A stretch of 64,000 bases of DNA from Methanobacteriota archaeon (GTDB taxonomy: Archaea > Halobacteriota > Bog-38 > Methanoflorentales > Methanoflorentaceae): positions 128,001-192,000 of the forward strand of contig CAVRAO010000008.1 of the NCBI GenBank assembly GCA_963719035.1, given 5' to 3'. Of this stretch, positions 62,547 to 64,000 are shown one piece after another. Below the pieces are notes generated by a model. The model was not told the origin of the DNA and made no database searches. It worked only from the letters and a program-made list of their open reading frames with translations. The stretch's first letter is position 1, and each line of letters starts with the position of its first letter. Both the position numbers and the translations under genes were made by a program.

Positions 62547-63761
62547 TCAGAATACTTTGAAGATGAGCAGGAGCCCAAATGATACCATCAGAAGCCCGGC
62601 TATAAGCCGCATATATCGCGCTGATTTCATTCTCCATTCTTCGGCCCTGTCTGTACTCACCTTGATCGCGTAGATCGCTATGAATACGAGGATCATTGGC
62701 AAGACAAATGCAAACGAAAACAAGGCGGTGTAGAGGTTGTTCTGCATCGTAGGCATGCTGGTCAAGTATGTCGTCGAAAAGTATGTGAACGGACCGATTG
62801 TGCACGGCAAAGCGGCAATCGTTGCTATGCAGCCGAGCCCTATTATCGCAATAAAAGAGCCGGTTTTTCCGAGAGTGCTGATGCTGTGTTTGGTGAACGT
62901 TGGGATTTTGAAACTAAACCAGCGGTTATACCAGAAGAAATCCTTGATCGAAACGATCCCGACAACGAGGAGGAAGATGCCAATTGCAGTCTTTGTCAGT
63001 GCAAGGTTCGATGCGCCAATAATTCGAACAAACTGCACAACCGCAAGTGCTGTAAGGAAGAATACAACGAACACCGTGGCAATGTAAGTCACCCCGATAG
63101 CGAGAGCGCGAGAGCGCGAGCCGGTTAGGGCAATCGTCCCCATGAGGAATATGAGCACCGAAAACACACACGGGTTTATTCCACTAATTAGCCCCGTCGT
63201 GATAAAAAGAGGAAGGGGGAAGCTGCCTTGGGCGTTTGTACCGTCGTCTGTCGTTGTTGAGTTCCCTGTGGAATTGCTTGTATGAGTCGTGGGTTTAGGC
63301 GTCGGGGTTGGCACGACGTGGCCCGTGATCTGATCGCCAGGGCCGGTCGCTCCGTTCTGAACGGCCCTCGCAACTTCTGCTTGCACGTCGGAGATTGACT
63401 CCTCGCCTCCCAAGAACTTCTTTTTGCCGATGAATATGGATGGCACAGAGTCAAACGTCATATTGTATGCTGCTATAAACTTCTGAAAAAGGGTGTAATT
63501 CGCGTCATTTTGGGTTTCGATCCTATAGACGTGAAGGGTGGGGTACTGACGTTCCAGCGCCGCTATCGTCGGCGCTATAGCCTGACAGTGCGGACAATCA
63601 GTTCTATAAAATTCATACAAGTTTACAGGCCACGGAGGATATTTCGCAATTGAGGTAGTGTTTGAAAGCGATGGCGTCTGCGCTGCCACGGGACCAACGG
63701 CTGAGCTAAATAACAGTGTTATTAGCACAATCGACAGTCCGAAAATCGCTTTCTTGTGCAT
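62547..63761 (-). CDS. Secreted thioredoxin/glutaredoxin domain fused to a CcdA/DsbD-type transmembrane domain
   Basis: Signal peptide; CPHC; VP.IFIG; Thr/Pro linker; INPC and LPCT membrane cysteines. Confidence 0.88.
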   Translation of the reverse strand: MHKKAIFGLSIVLITLLFSSAVGPVAAQTPSLSNTTSIAKYPPWPVNLYEFYRTDCPHCQAIAPTIAALERQYPTLHVYRIETQNDANYTLFQKFIAAYNMTFDSVPSIFIGKKKFLGGEESISDVQAEVARAVQNGATGPGDQITGHVVPTPTPKPTTHTSNSTGNSTTTDDGTNAQGSFPLPLFITTGLISGINPCVFSVLIFLMGTIALTGSRSRALAIGVTYIATVFVVFFLTALAVVQFVRIIGASNLALTKTAIGIFLLVVGIVSIKDFFWYNRWFSFKIPTFTKHSISTLGKTGSFIAIIGLGCIATIAALPCTIGPFTYFSTTYLTSMPTMQNNLYTALFSFAFVLPMILVFIAIYAIKVSTDRAEEWRMKSARYMRLIAGLLMVSFGLLLIFKVF

Positions 63762-64000
63762 AAACCTCAGTACCCTCGTGTTCTTGTGTTGTGTGTAAAA
63801 CGAGACGAATCTTCGTTAACGCATTTGTTTTGAATGTATGCGTCTTTTTAATAAATTATCTTCTTGTTCGTATAATTAAGTTTTGTTCTCAGTAGCTATA
63901 ACGTTCACTGTCGACATCAAACGATAAGGCAGTAGCACTCATTTCTTCTGTACTTTATATCCTTCTTCGTACCGTTTAGCGAGGATATCTAAAAAAACAA

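Overview
This is a 64-kb chromosomal window from a methanogenic euryarchaeon (Halobacteriota). The 16S looks Methanocella/'Rice Cluster II'-like by eye; this was not verified by a search. Core content: the end of a formylmethanofuran dehydrogenase operon (fwdB plus an fwdD-fwdC fusion), two purP paralogues, and a complete minus-strand rRNA operon in the order 16S-tRNA-Ala-23S-tRNA-Cys-5S. There are also four more tRNAs (three with introns, one carrying the box C/D guide), an ABC exporter, paaK with an ACT-domain gene, sulfur/peroxide-defence genes, cbiM, cbiA, a K+ channel and a Trx-CcdA fusion. The accessory stretches hold the most interesting signals. (1) A Nudix gene sits in an operon with an 843-aa RelA/SpoT-TPR-SLOG-RyR protein, a candidate archaeal nucleotide-messenger system. 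(2) A tandemly duplicated, secreted, Cys-rich curli/chaplin-like protein flanks a DNA methyltransferase; it shows a gene-conversion-like pattern and a covarying 5'-UTR hairpin. (3) A dispersed set of small genes (DUF3303-like proteins, 4-Cys micropeptides, a headless TrmB) shares related palindromes placed just upstream of TATA boxes. (4) There are repeated 3' fragments of an SSV-type integrase and a frameshifted mini-integrase with an 11-6-11 dif-like site at its start codon. Several single-base frameshifts could be assembly errors. All family assignments come from motif recognition by eye, not from database searches.
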